A stretch of DNA of 64,000 bases from Bacilli bacterium (GTDB lineage Bacteria > Bacillota_I > Bacilli_A > RFN20 > CAG-826), in contig JAZLFE010000071.1 in NCBI GenBank assembly GCA_045615605.1, positions 2,567 through 66,566 on the forward strand. Reading direction: 5' to 3'. Position 1 is the first letter of the stretch, and the number at the start of each line of letters is the position of its first letter. Below are positions 26,017 through 36,399 of this stretch, piece after piece. Both the position numbers and the translations under genes were made by a program. The notes below the pieces were generated by a model that was given only the letters and a program-made list of their open reading frames with translations, did not search any database and was not told where the DNA came from.

Positions 26017-26790
26017 ATGAGTAAAATTATTTCTATTGCTAATCAAAAAGGCGGAGTAGGTAAAACTACCACTACTATTAATTTAGCCGCTGCATTAGGT
26101 AACTTAAATAAACAAGTATTAATTATTGATATGGATCCACAAGGTAACTCATCTAGAGGAGTTGGAGTAGATATAAATGCTATTAAGACTACTATATTTG
26201 AAGCGCTTATTCATCAAAAGAATATTAATGAAGTAATTAGATCTACTTCCTATAAAGGAATCGATATATTACCTAGTAATTTAAATCTCGCTAATTTTGG
26301 TGCTACGGTTACTAATACTACTGGAGAACCATTTGTGTGCCTTAAAGAAATAATGAGCCAAATTAATAAACAATATGACTATATTCTTATTGATTGTCCC
26401 CCATCACTTGGTCTATTAACTATTAACGCTTTAACTGCATCTAATAGTATTTTAATTCCTGTACAATGCGAATATTTTGCGATGGAAGCAATCGCTCAAA
26501 TCTTAGGAACTATAAGCGAAGTAAAGCGTCTACATAATCCAAATTTAGAAATAGAAGGATTTGTCTTAACAATGTTTGATACACACACTAATTTAAGTAG
26601 TGAGATTGCTCAAGAAGTTAGATCATTATTCAAAGAAAATACTTTTATATCCGTTATTCCTAGAAACGTATCAATACCTGAAGCTACTGCAAAATTAATG
26701 CCAGTATGTGAATATCGTCCTACTAGCGCTGGTAGCGTCTCTTATGCTTCTTTAGCAAAGGAATTATTAGACCATGAAAAGAGACAATAA
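26017..26790 (+). CDS. parA: ParA/Soj chromosome partitioning ATPase
   Basis: Deviant Walker A in ISIANQKGGVGKTTTTINLAAAL, followed by DMDPQGN and LIDCPPSL. Confidence 0.9.
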   Translation: MSKIISIANQKGGVGKTTTTINLAAALGNLNKQVLIIDMDPQGNSSRGVGVDINAIKTTIFEALIHQKNINEVIRSTSYKGIDILPSNLNLANFGATVTNTTGEPFVCLKEIMSQINKQYDYILIDCPPSLGLLTINALTASNSILIPVQCEYFAMEAIAQILGTISEVKRLHNPNLEIEGFVLTMFDTHTNLSSEIAQEVRSLFKENTFISVIPRNVSIPEATAKLMPVCEYRPTSAGSVSYASLAKELLDHEKRQ

Positions 26791-27607
26791 GTTCATTAAG
26801 AAAAACCAATTATCTAAATTAGTTAATCGTTTTTCTAAAAGCTACGTTATCGAAGAAATGGAGAAGAATCTCCGTCAGGCTAAGTCAACTGAATTATTAG
26901 TGACTAATATTGATGATAACGCGATTATTAAAAGTGCACCGGTACCTGCAAATACATTAAAAAATATTGCCGATTTTATTAATAAAAACGGATTAACTAA
27001 TCCATTAATTGTTCGTCCTAAAAAGAACTATTATGAAATTATCTTCGGTCGTAAAAGACTCCTTGCGATGAAAAAATATAAAATCTATAAGGCTCCAGCA
27101 AGAATTATTAATGTTAGTGATGAAGAAATGCTTTTCATGTTACTTGCGGATAACCGAGAACAAAGAGAAGCGAATATTATTGAGACCGCATTAGTGTTAA
27201 AAGAATTAAGTGAAAAATATAATTACAATCAAACTACATTAGCAGATCTTGCTCATCAATCTAGATCTCAAATAACTAATATTCTTCGATTACTTAATCT
27301 ACCTAAATGGATTATTGATGATATCTCTATTGGTAAATTAAGTTATGGACATGCTAAAGCAATCGCTTCTTTGCCAGAGACTACTATTGAAGAATTAGTG
27401 AATAAAATATACGAAGAAAAATTATCGGTTAGAGAAATAGAAAATATCGCCAAAAAGAAACACCAAAAAGGTAATCAAGATACTTCCATTATTTTATTAA
27501 AGAAATATAAATGCGAAGTTGATAATAAAGATAAAAACTTAGTTATTAGTTTTACTAACAATAAAGAAAAAGAGAAGTTCTTAAAAGATATTACCGATAA
27601 TAATTAG
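26774..27607 (+). CDS. parB: ParB/Spo0J-family partition protein (somewhat divergent)
   Basis: ParB N-terminal box LIVRPKKNYYEIIFGRKRLLAMK and an HTH region TTLADLAHQSRSQITNILRLLNLP. It overlaps parA by 17 bp. Confidence 0.75.
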   Translation: MKRDNKFIKKNQLSKLVNRFSKSYVIEEMEKNLRQAKSTELLVTNIDDNAIIKSAPVPANTLKNIADFINKNGLTNPLIVRPKKNYYEIIFGRKRLLAMKKYKIYKAPARIINVSDEEMLFMLLADNREQREANIIETALVLKELSEKYNYNQTTLADLAHQSRSQITNILRLLNLPKWIIDDISIGKLSYGHAKAIASLPETTIEELVNKIYEEKLSVREIENIAKKKHQKGNQDTSIILLKKYKCEVDNKDKNLVISFTNNKEKEKFLKDITDNN

Positions 27608-28194
27608 GCAATATTTTCTAATTCTTTTTTATCTTTCTTTTTACCAAATATTTCAATTAAAGAGAAAATAGAAGATATTAATAAAATGATTCCAATAATT
27701 AACCACATGTAGGTTACTAGATCTTTTGCATAGACTAAGAAAATAATCCCAGCAGTTAACATTAACGCACCTATACAAGTAGAAATAACATTAGTAGAAG
27801 TACGATTAATTTTATTCACTGCACTAATAATAGAAGCGAGAATTAGGAATCCACCTAATCCAATAATAATACACGGAACAAACCAACCAACGATAATATC
27901 AGCAACGCCGCCGGCAGCATCTAATACTGCAAATATGCCAGTACCTAATAAGATTCCGTTAAACATAATTAATTTAACATCAAAATGCTTCGGATCTTTT
28001 GAAATGACGATACCAGTTGATAATAAAGAACCAACAATTAACATGACGCAAATGATAATTCTAAATGCTAAAGTTTCAGAAGTTCCTTTACTACCAGTTG
28101 CAATATTAATAATTGATAAAACAACCATCACTAGGCTTGCGACACCTACTAAAATAGATGAAATTGATTTAATAATTTTATTAACTTTAATCAT
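27604..28194 (-). CDS. hypothetical membrane protein (6 TM; HdeD/DUF308-like repeats possible)
   Basis: 196 aa, strongly hydrophobic, with repeated G-x-x-x-G-containing helices. Confidence 0.4.
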   Translation of the reverse strand: MIKVNKIIKSISSILVGVASLVMVVLSIINIATGSKGTSETLAFRIIICVMLIVGSLLSTGIVISKDPKHFDVKLIMFNGILLGTGIFAVLDAAGGVADIIVGWFVPCIIIGLGGFLILASIISAVNKINRTSTNVISTCIGALMLTAGIIFLVYAKDLVTYMWLIIGIILLISSIFSLIEIFGKKKDKKELENIA

Positions 28195-28212
28195 ATAAAA
28201 CTCCTTTTAATA

Positions 28213-28884
28213 TTATAGCGGTCTTTTTTTAATTTGGTTATATTGACGAGGATATTTCTTATCAGTCGGTTTATTTTTTATAAAAATATAATTAATTCTT
28301 TTATCTCCATTAGGGATTGCGGTAGCTTGAATCTTATTAAGAGATAAATTTAATAATTTAATAGCGTTATCTGCTTTATTTAATTCTTCATTTGCGTTCT
28401 TTCCTTTTAAAGCGATGATACTTCCTTTTACTTTTACTAGAGATGTAACGAGTTCTAAATAAATTCTAAGTTCTGCTAAAGCGCGAGCGATAACTACATC
28501 GTACTTTTCTTTTTCGTTTAACTCTTCTACGCGAGCGCATTTAGCCTCCACATTAGTGAGATTTAAATACTTAATCACGTCATTAAGATAATTAACTTTC
28601 TTTTGTGTTGAATCCACTAACACAAAATGAGATGTAGGATATAACATTGCTAAAGGAATTCCAGGAAATCCTCCACCACTACCAACATCTGAAATTGTTT
28701 TATTTTTAAAATCAAAAGCTTTACTGATAAGAAGAGAATCATAAATATGTTTTTCAATCATTTCTTCTTTGTTAGTAATCGCGGTTAAGTTCATATTTTT
28801 ATTAACTTCAAGTAAGTAAGTTAAAAACTTATCTACTTGTTTTTCGTTAATATTAAATTCCTTAGTTAACTCTTTATAAGTCAT
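28213..28884 (-). CDS. rsmG: 16S rRNA (guanine527-N7)-methyltransferase
   Basis: SAM-binding motif VGSGGGFPGIPLA and GidB-family similarity. Located immediately downstream of mnmG. Confidence 0.85.
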   Translation of the reverse strand: MTYKELTKEFNINEKQVDKFLTYLLEVNKNMNLTAITNKEEMIEKHIYDSLLISKAFDFKNKTISDVGSGGGFPGIPLAMLYPTSHFVLVDSTQKKVNYLNDVIKYLNLTNVEAKCARVEELNEKEKYDVVIARALAELRIYLELVTSLVKVKGSIIALKGKNANEELNKADNAIKLLNLSLNKIQATAIPNGDKRINYIFIKNKPTDKKYPRQYNQIKKRPL

Positions 28885-28886
28885 AA

Positions 28887-30755
28887 TTATTTCTTCTTTA
28901 AGTTTAACACTAAGATAGCAATATCACTTGGATTTACTCCCGATATTCTACTTGCTTGACCAATACTATGAGGTCTAATACGATCCATTTTTTGCCTTGC
29001 TTCAAGTGCAAGTCCATCCATATGAAGATAATCAATATTATCAGGAATTAAAGTGTTTTCTATTTTATTAAATTCACTAGCCTCTTTAAGTTGTTTACGG
29101 ATATAACCTTCATACTTAACACTTACTTCAATTTGGAAAATCGCAATATCAGATAATTTAATTTCTTTAAGTCCTTTAACGTAAGGATATAATCCTAATA
29201 AAGTTACATTAGGGCGACGTAATAAATCTAATGCGGTAGTTCCTGCAGATAAGTTATCATATTTGATTGTTTTTAAATATTTATTAACTTCACTTTTACT
29301 TCCAAATCTAGTCTCGTTTAATAATTTAATCGCTTTCTCTATTTGTTTATTTTTCTTAATAAACATATCGTAACGTTTCTTAGAGATAAGGCCTAATTTC
29401 TTCGCAATCGGGGTTAAGCGAATATCCGCATTATCGTGTCTTAGTAATAAACGATATTCCGCGCGAGAAGATAATAAACGATATGGTTCAGTTATTCCTT
29501 TAGTGACGATATCATCAATCATTACTCCAATATAAGATTCATTTCTTTTTAATATTAATGGTTTCTTGTTTCTAATTGATAAAACAGCGTTAATTCCTGC
29601 GACTAGACCAAGTCCAGCAGCCTCTTCATATCCTGAAGTTCCACATATTTGACCCGCTCCAAATAAACCTTTGTATTTCTTAATTCCTAACGCTAGATTA
29701 AATTCAAGTGGATCAATAGCATCATATTCAATAGCATAAGCATATTTAAGAAATACTGCCTTCTCTAATCCTTTAAGAGAATGAACCATTTCTTCCTGTA
29801 CCTTATGAGACATAGAAGTGGAGAATCCTTGAAGGTAAATAGAATCTTGATCCTTATATTCAGGTTCTAAGAATAGTTGATGTCTCTTCTTATCTTTAAA
29901 GGTCATTACCTTTCCTTCAATAGAAGGGCAATAACGAGGTCCGGTAGCTTGTACGGTTCCGTTATATTGAGCGGATTCATTAAGATGAGAACGAATAATT
30001 TTATGTGTCTTTTCGTTAGTATAAATTAAATAACACGGTAATTGTTTTTTAATATCTACATATTTATCAGTTAGATAAGAGAACGCTAACTTACCGGGAG
30101 TGCCTAATTGAATTTCTGCTTTAGTAAAATCAATAGAATTTCTTTTAATTCTTGGAGGAGTGCCTGTCTTTAAACGAATTAAAGATAATCCCATTTTTCT
30201 AAGACAATCACTTAATCCAATGCTTGGTTTTTCTCCATCTGGTCCTGCACTTATCTTATTTTTACCATGATAAATATAAGCGTTCATAAAAGTTCCAGTA
30301 GTGATTATTACTACTTTAGCCTTTATCTTTTCTTTTTTATTTGTGATAACCCCACTAACTTTATTTTTATCGTAAATTAATTCTTTTATTTCACATTCTT
30401 TAACCGTTAAATTCTTTTGTTTCAAACAAGTTTGTTGCATGTAATGCGGATAATCATATTTATCACATTGCGCTCTTAAACATTGAACGCCTGGACCTTT
30501 ACCAGTATTAAGCATCTTCATTTGTAGATAAGTATGATCTGCTCCAATACCCATCGCTCCACCCATAGCGTCTATCTCTCTTACAACAATTCCTTTAGCG
30601 GATCCTCCAATTGAAGGATTACAGGGCATATTAGACATTTTTTTAATATTTAATGTACATAATAAAGTAGATGCACCTAAACGAGCAGACGCTAATGCAG
30701 CCTCTACTCCAGCATGACCTCCACCAATAACTATTACATCGTATGTCTTATTCAT
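28887..30755 (-). CDS. mnmG: tRNA uridine-5-carboxymethylaminomethyl modification enzyme MnmG (GidA)
   Basis: N-terminal FAD-binding YDVIVIGGGHAGVEAA. The 622-aa length and GidA family blocks are present throughout. Confidence 0.92.
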   Translation of the reverse strand: MNKTYDVIVIGGGHAGVEAALASARLGASTLLCTLNIKKMSNMPCNPSIGGSAKGIVVREIDAMGGAMGIGADHTYLQMKMLNTGKGPGVQCLRAQCDKYDYPHYMQQTCLKQKNLTVKECEIKELIYDKNKVSGVITNKKEKIKAKVVIITTGTFMNAYIYHGKNKISAGPDGEKPSIGLSDCLRKMGLSLIRLKTGTPPRIKRNSIDFTKAEIQLGTPGKLAFSYLTDKYVDIKKQLPCYLIYTNEKTHKIIRSHLNESAQYNGTVQATGPRYCPSIEGKVMTFKDKKRHQLFLEPEYKDQDSIYLQGFSTSMSHKVQEEMVHSLKGLEKAVFLKYAYAIEYDAIDPLEFNLALGIKKYKGLFGAGQICGTSGYEEAAGLGLVAGINAVLSIRNKKPLILKRNESYIGVMIDDIVTKGITEPYRLLSSRAEYRLLLRHDNADIRLTPIAKKLGLISKKRYDMFIKKNKQIEKAIKLLNETRFGSKSEVNKYLKTIKYDNLSAGTTALDLLRRPNVTLLGLYPYVKGLKEIKLSDIAIFQIEVSVKYEGYIRKQLKEASEFNKIENTLIPDNIDYLHMDGLALEARQKMDRIRPHSIGQASRISGVNPSDIAILVLNLKKK

Positions 30756-30843
30756 TTTTAGTCTCTTCGTATTATATACGAAAACAAATTAAATTGTTTA
30801 TTTATGATAAAATATTTTAGACAGACGTTTAAAGGAGAAATTA

Positions 30844-32856
30844 ATGGAACGTAAATTAGAATGCAGTCCTAAAAGTATTGAAATCACTTCTCCATTTTGG
30901 AAAGCTTGGCGAGATAAAGTTGCTAAAGAAGTTATTCCATATCAATGGCAAGTAATTAACGATGAAAGAAAGATTGTAACCCCAAGAGATCCCGGTAATG
31001 CACCAGGACAAGAGCAAGACAAAGAATATAGTCATGCGATTAGAAATTTAGAAATAGCTGCCAAAAGAAAGAAAGGTCAATTCTTAAACTTCGTATTCCA
31101 AGATAGCGATGTTTATAAATGGCTTGAAGAAGCAGCTTTTTCTTTAACTTATACTCATGATAAAAAATTACAAAAAGTTTGTGATTGGGTAATCGATTTA
31201 ATTAGTGATGCTCAACAACCAGATGGTTATTTAATGTCCCCGTATATCATTAAATCTACTATCTTTAAAAATCGTAAAAGATTCACTCAAATTCATCAAA
31301 GTCATGAAATGTATACGATGGGACATTATATCGAAGCAGGTATTGCCTACTATAATGCAACCGGAAATAAAAAAGCATTAAAGATTGCTGAAAAGATGGC
31401 GGATTGTTTAGACAAAAATTTTGGTCCTGAAAAGAATAAAATTCATGGATCAGATGGACACGCTGAAATTGAATTAGCGTTAGCAAAACTCTATGAAGTA
31501 ACTCATAACGAGAAATACTTAAAGCTTGCTAAATACTTAGTAGAAATTAGAGGTGTAGATCCTCATTTTTATGAAAAACAAAACAATAAAATTGGTGATG
31601 GCTCAACTGATATATTCCCAAATATGAGAGTATTGACAAGTCAATACACTCAAAGTGATAAACCACTTAATGAACAAGAGACTGCAGAAGGTCATTGCGT
31701 TCGTGTTTGCTATCTATTAACTGGTGCTGCACATGTTGCGCGACTCACTAATGATAAGAAAATGATAGCGACAGTAAAAAGATTATGGAATAACATCGTT
31801 AAAAAAAGAATGTATATTACTGGTTCAATTGGTTCTACTCCTGTTGGAGAATCATTCACTAGTGATTATGATTTACCAAATGATTTAACTTATTCTGAAT
31901 CATGTGCTTCCGTTGCCTTAACAGTTTTAACTCATCAAATGATGGAGATTGAACCTAGAGGAGAATATGGAGATATTATTGAAAAAGAATTATTTAATTC
32001 TGGTATCTCAGGTATTGCGCTTGATGGCAAACATTTTTATTACGTTAATCCATTAGAAGCTGATCCTATAACCGCTGCTCGTAATCCAAATAAATTTCAT
32101 GTATTACTAGAAAGAGCGGAATGGTTTACCTGTGCATGTTGTCCTTCTAATATCGCTAGATATATAGCAGGTGTGCATCGTTTCATCTATAACATTGATG
32201 AAAAGAATAGAACTATATATGCGCATCAATATATTGCTAATAACGCTATATTACTTGATGGTATTAAAGTAGAACAAAAATCTAATTTCCCTTGGGATGG
32301 AAAAATTAATTTTAATGTTAATGTCCCTAAAAAAGTTAAACCAATTAAATTTGTATTGCGTATTCCTTCTTGGAGCAACAAATATAAATTATTAATTAAT
32401 GGTAAAGCAATCAACACTAGACCAATTAATGGTTTAATTACTATCCCAATGAAAGAAGGAACTTATAAGATTAATTTAGAATTAGACATGAGCGTTAAAC
32501 TTATGCGTGCTAAAACTACTGTAAGACACGATGCTGGTAAAGTAGCCGTTATGAGAGGACCAGTTGTGTTTGCTGCAGAAGCAATTGATAATAAAGCCCC
32601 ATTATGGAACTATATGTTAACTGCTAATGGAGTAAATAAGGCTTCTGTTAAGTTTGAAAAGAATTTACTTGAAGGAGTAACCACTATTACGATTCCCGCT
32701 ACTCGTAGAGTATTAGAAAAAGAGAGTGATGCTTTATATACTGAAGTAACAAATAAAGTTAAAGTGGAAAAAGCTACATTAAAATTAATTCCTTACTATG
32801 CATGGGCAAATCGTGGGGCTAACGCTATGATAGTTTGGTTTGATAGTGATTTTTAA
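30844..32856 (+). CDS. glycoside hydrolase family 127 (DUF1680) beta-L-arabinofuranosidase-like protein
   Basis: 670 aa. Contains the Cys-rich catalytic/zinc motifs characteristic of HypBA1-type GH127 enzymes (ESCASVAL and CACCPSNIARY). Confidence 0.75.
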   Translation: MERKLECSPKSIEITSPFWKAWRDKVAKEVIPYQWQVINDERKIVTPRDPGNAPGQEQDKEYSHAIRNLEIAAKRKKGQFLNFVFQDSDVYKWLEEAAFSLTYTHDKKLQKVCDWVIDLISDAQQPDGYLMSPYIIKSTIFKNRKRFTQIHQSHEMYTMGHYIEAGIAYYNATGNKKALKIAEKMADCLDKNFGPEKNKIHGSDGHAEIELALAKLYEVTHNEKYLKLAKYLVEIRGVDPHFYEKQNNKIGDGSTDIFPNMRVLTSQYTQSDKPLNEQETAEGHCVRVCYLLTGAAHVARLTNDKKMIATVKRLWNNIVKKRMYITGSIGSTPVGESFTSDYDLPNDLTYSESCASVALTVLTHQMMEIEPRGEYGDIIEKELFNSGISGIALDGKHFYYVNPLEADPITAARNPNKFHVLLERAEWFTCACCPSNIARYIAGVHRFIYNIDEKNRTIYAHQYIANNAILLDGIKVEQKSNFPWDGKINFNVNVPKKVKPIKFVLRIPSWSNKYKLLINGKAINTRPINGLITIPMKEGTYKINLELDMSVKLMRAKTTVRHDAGKVAVMRGPVVFAAEAIDNKAPLWNYMLTANGVNKASVKFEKNLLEGVTTITIPATRRVLEKESDALYTEVTNKVKVEKATLKLIPYYAWANRGANAMIVWFDSDF

Positions 32857-32868
32857 TAAGGAGAAATT

Positions 32869-34299
32869 ATGACAAAGAAAAATAATTCAAGAAAAATACC
32901 TAGTTCAGTAAGCAAAAAGATGAGCATTAAAGAAATGCTTGGTTATGGCTTTACTGATATGGCAGGTAATTTATTATTTTGTACATTCTCAATGTATATT
33001 TTAAATTTCTACACAAAAGTTTGTGGACTCCCAGATGACTGGAAAGGACTTTCAGCTAATATAATTTTATTGGTAGCATGTATTATGAACGCAATTCTAT
33101 CTATTGTTTGGGGAAGTATTATTGACCACACCAAGACTCGTTGGGGTCAATCAAGGCCTTGGTTTTTGTGGTTATGCGTTCCATTTGGTGTTACCACTTG
33201 GCTAGCATTCTTCTTACCAAGTTTTGCAACCGATCAACGCGTGGCATTTACTTTAGGATTAATTACTTATATAGTTGCTGTCGGCGGATGTTACACTGGT
33301 TTATCCGCTGCAATGAGCGCCGTTCTTCCTAACCTAACTGCAAACGATAATGAAAGAGTTAAAGCAAGTAGTTTTAGAATGGTTGGCGGTTCTGCTGGTG
33401 CATTTATTACATCAATGCTAACAGTCTTAATCGTTCCAGCAATTGCACTGGCTGTTGGTACTAGTTCTGAAGATCCAGTGGCATTAAAATACGCATATTG
33501 GATTGTCATTGCAATGTGGGGCATTATCGCAATATTATTGCTCTATTTAGCATTTAAATGGATGAGAGAAAGAAACTTTAATCCAGAAAAACATAAGCCA
33601 ATTCCATTTAAAAAATCAATTATGGCTCTTAAAGGAAATCATCCTTGGTTTATTTTAGCTGGTGCATTCATTGTATTCTGGATAGCTCAAACCACTAGAA
33701 GTGCTTATGCTATTAAATTTGCTGAACATGAACTAGGCGGAACTGAATGGTCCATGTTTATTAATGGAATTAATGTTGTCGGAATGATAGCGAGTTTACT
33801 TACTCCTATTTTAGTTGCTAGATTTGGCAAAATAAACAAATTTAAAAAGACTTCTACCCTATTTATTGGAACAATCATTTGCTGTTTATTTGGTGCCTTA
33901 ATCGGTGCAACACAAGGAATGCCAGAAGGGGCTGGAAAAACTTCATTATTCGTAATCTTTTACACAATTAGTGTATTTGGATTACAAATGCTTATGGGTA
34001 TGTATTTTATGATGTTCGCCGATACGGTTGATTATGGTGAGTGGAAGACTCATATTAGAGCACCTGGATTATTAGGATCAGTTGGCGCGGCGTTTGGTAT
34101 TCAAATGGGCGCTGGATTTGGATTCTTCTTACCAGCATTAATCGAAAAAACTTTTGGCCTTTATTCAACCTTCATTTACTTCCCAGTTATTGTCTATGCT
34201 CTAGCTGCAGCAATCATGATTCTATTTATTCCATACGAAAGAAAGATGGATCAAATTAGAAATGATTTAACGCACGGTAGATACGCCAATAGTAAATAA
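32869..34299 (+). CDS. MFS/GPH-family glycoside-pentoside-hexuronide:cation symporter
   Basis: 476 aa with 12 predicted TM helices. The N-terminal DMAGNLLF-like motif (GFTDMAGNLLF) is typical of GPH transporters. Adjacent to and co-oriented with the GH127 gene. Confidence 0.7.
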   Translation: MTKKNNSRKIPSSVSKKMSIKEMLGYGFTDMAGNLLFCTFSMYILNFYTKVCGLPDDWKGLSANIILLVACIMNAILSIVWGSIIDHTKTRWGQSRPWFLWLCVPFGVTTWLAFFLPSFATDQRVAFTLGLITYIVAVGGCYTGLSAAMSAVLPNLTANDNERVKASSFRMVGGSAGAFITSMLTVLIVPAIALAVGTSSEDPVALKYAYWIVIAMWGIIAILLLYLAFKWMRERNFNPEKHKPIPFKKSIMALKGNHPWFILAGAFIVFWIAQTTRSAYAIKFAEHELGGTEWSMFINGINVVGMIASLLTPILVARFGKINKFKKTSTLFIGTIICCLFGALIGATQGMPEGAGKTSLFVIFYTISVFGLQMLMGMYFMMFADTVDYGEWKTHIRAPGLLGSVGAAFGIQMGAGFGFFLPALIEKTFGLYSTFIYFPVIVYALAAAIMILFIPYERKMDQIRNDLTHGRYANSK

Positions 34300-34319
34300 A
34301 AAGTTAAATACTAAATTAA

Positions 34320-34352
34320 AAAGGCGATTCAAGTAATTGAGTCGCTTTTTAT
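34320..34352. terminator. rho-independent terminator, bidirectional in form, between convergent genes
   Basis: aaaaggcgattcaagtaattgagtcgcttttt: an imperfect 9-bp stem with T-run downstream and A-run upstream. Confidence 0.55.
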
Positions 34353-34377
34353 ATTATCTATTCTCTTTAATTATTTC

Positions 34378-35259
34378 TTACTGATTTATCAATTTCTTTG
34401 CAACTTTTTTAGATACTAATATTTTTAAATGAGAATGGCAGGATTTAACTTCAATATTACCAATATTAGCCATCTCTCCATCAATACACCAGGGTGACAC
34501 TTCATCTTTAAATTTAAATGAAAATTCGTTTGTTAATAATTTAACGGTTTTATGCTTAAAGAATAAGTAATGTAACAAACCATTAAACACTCCAGGCTTA
34601 GTGATATAAATCATGAATTTACCATCATTAATCTTATTCTTTAGATTAAGATAAAAACCTCCAACATGATTACCATTTAATACTAATAAGAATGGAGTAT
34701 TTACATCATAGGTCTTTTTATTACAGGTTAATGTGCCTACTACTTTTTTAGGAATAAATGCATCACGTACTGCAAGTAGATAATAGGCTAATGGACCAAC
34801 TACTTTTTTAACTTTTCTTTTAGCGGTATAAGATATCTCACTAAAAGCTCCACAAGCCAAAACATAAGACATATATTTATCATTAACTTTAACAATATCA
34901 AATGGAGCAGGAACTCCATTTAAAATTGTTTTTAAAGATTTAGTGAATATACTAGATAATTTAAAATTCTTTGCGAAGTCATTTGTAGTGCCTGCAGGAA
35001 TATATCCTAGAATTGGTTTTTTATCTAAAGGCGCAAGATTATTAATTACTTCATTAACCGTTCCGTCTCCACCAATAAATATTAAATATTCATATTCTTT
35101 AGCGGCTAATAGACAAGCATTTTTTAAATCTTCTTTTGAACTAGATTTAATAACTTTAAGATCACTAAATTTTTCTTTTAATTTACTTTCAATAAAAGAA
35201 ATATGCTTTTGAACAATATTAAGTCCAGTTAATGAAGAATAAACGAGCAACGCCTTCAT
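34378..35259 (-). CDS. diacylglycerol kinase catalytic domain protein (YegS/DagK-like lipid kinase)
   Basis: LIFIGGDGTVNEV motif and the N-terminal MKALLVYSS..G pattern of the DAGK_cat family. Length 293 aa. Confidence 0.7.
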   Translation of the reverse strand: MKALLVYSSLTGLNIVQKHISFIESKLKEKFSDLKVIKSSSKEDLKNACLLAAKEYEYLIFIGGDGTVNEVINNLAPLDKKPILGYIPAGTTNDFAKNFKLSSIFTKSLKTILNGVPAPFDIVKVNDKYMSYVLACGAFSEISYTAKRKVKKVVGPLAYYLLAVRDAFIPKKVVGTLTCNKKTYDVNTPFLLVLNGNHVGGFYLNLKNKINDGKFMIYITKPGVFNGLLHYLFFKHKTVKLLTNEFSFKFKDEVSPWCIDGEMANIGNIEVKSCHSHLKILVSKKVAKKLINQ

Positions 35260-35279
35260 AATCTAATGTATAGTATACA

Positions 35280-35984
35280 TTATTCTTTACGTTTTAGGGT
35301 TTTTAAATACTGCTTATCTTTATCAGAAATTCTATAACTTTCTACGGCTTTTTGTATTGTTTTATTATGAACCCAAACAGGTAATAAATTGTTCTTTAAA
35401 TAAATGATAGTAGACTTATATTGTTTCGCTAAAGCAGTAGCAAAATACCAAGCGATCATCATATTAACGTAATATTCTTTACTTCTTACTTTAGATACTA
35501 ACTTTAAATATTCTTCTTTAAAATCATCATCTAAATAAAATGACATTAACATTTCAATACCAAAACGAATGGTATAAATCTTTTTATCCTTAATCCATTT
35601 TTTAATTTCGTTTATTAATTTATCTTTATTTTTAATAAATATCTTAGGAGATAAGATATCACACACCGCCCAATTATCAATGTAGGGTAAAAATTTATTA
35701 CATTCTTTAATGCACTCTGGGTAGTCTTTAATTTGACTAATCAGTAAAGAATGAAGCATATTTTCATCATAATATTTATGTGGTAACGCATTTAAAAATG
35801 CATAATGCTCTTTATCTTTTATATATTCTTTAGCAATTTTTCTTGCTATTGGAACTCTTACTCCTAAAAATAGTTTAGGATCTACTCCAGGTGTTAATTT
35901 AGACGAAAATAAAGCATATTGCTTATCGCTATTTGATTTTAATAATTTCAAAATCCTAAAGTTTTCTTGATAAAGGTGTTCCAT
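35280..35984 (-). CDS. DNA alkylation repair enzyme-like (AlkC/AlkD-type HEAT-like repeat) protein
   Basis: 234 aa, helical repeat composition, with a conserved Trp/Asp-containing segment (NWAVCDIL) as in the DNA_alkylation family. The assignment is by pattern only. Confidence 0.45.
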   Translation of the reverse strand: MEHLYQENFRILKLLKSNSDKQYALFSSKLTPGVDPKLFLGVRVPIARKIAKEYIKDKEHYAFLNALPHKYYDENMLHSLLISQIKDYPECIKECNKFLPYIDNWAVCDILSPKIFIKNKDKLINEIKKWIKDKKIYTIRFGIEMLMSFYLDDDFKEEYLKLVSKVRSKEYYVNMMIAWYFATALAKQYKSTIIYLKNNLLPVWVHNKTIQKAVESYRISDKDKQYLKTLKRKE

Positions 35985-36396
35985 ATTCTCTTTTCATTGC
36001 ATCAACTGAGACAACCCATTGTTTGCCATATTTACATACATCAACACCGTTGATTAGTTTTCCATAAGAAACTGCTTTCCTTAAAGTCGATTCATTTAAA
36101 CCCCAAAGTTCACAAGCTTCTGTAAATGCAATTAATCCATCAAAAGGTGTTTTTATTGTTTTTCCATTAAAAAATAATTCATCACAAGATAAATCAATTT
36201 CATCAGACCACGAGATTCCATAGCCACCCTGATCTACCATTGCTTCATAAAATAACCCATCTTTTTTTAAATTATTAAAAATTTTCCATTTATTAAAAAG
36301 TGGCTTTACATCATAATGTTTACTTACACCTTCTGCAAAGGTGACTAATAATAAATAATCTTTTAAAGGTAACACAGATTTTACTTTATGAAACAT
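35956..36396 (-). CDS. DUF2442-domain protein with C-terminal excisionase-type HTH
   Basis: The N-terminus VKSVLPLKDYLLLVTFAEGVSKHYDVKPLF...YEAMVDQGGYGISWSDEIDLSCDELF matches DUF2442. The C-terminus ELWGLNESTLRKAVSYGKLINGVDVCKYGKQWVVSVDAMKREYG resembles an HTH_17/excisionase-like DNA-binding motif. Confidence 0.55.
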   Translation of the reverse strand: MFHKVKSVLPLKDYLLLVTFAEGVSKHYDVKPLFNKWKIFNNLKKDGLFYEAMVDQGGYGISWSDEIDLSCDELFFNGKTIKTPFDGLIAFTEACELWGLNESTLRKAVSYGKLINGVDVCKYGKQWVVSVDAMKREYGTPLSRKL

Positions 36397-36399
36397 AAT

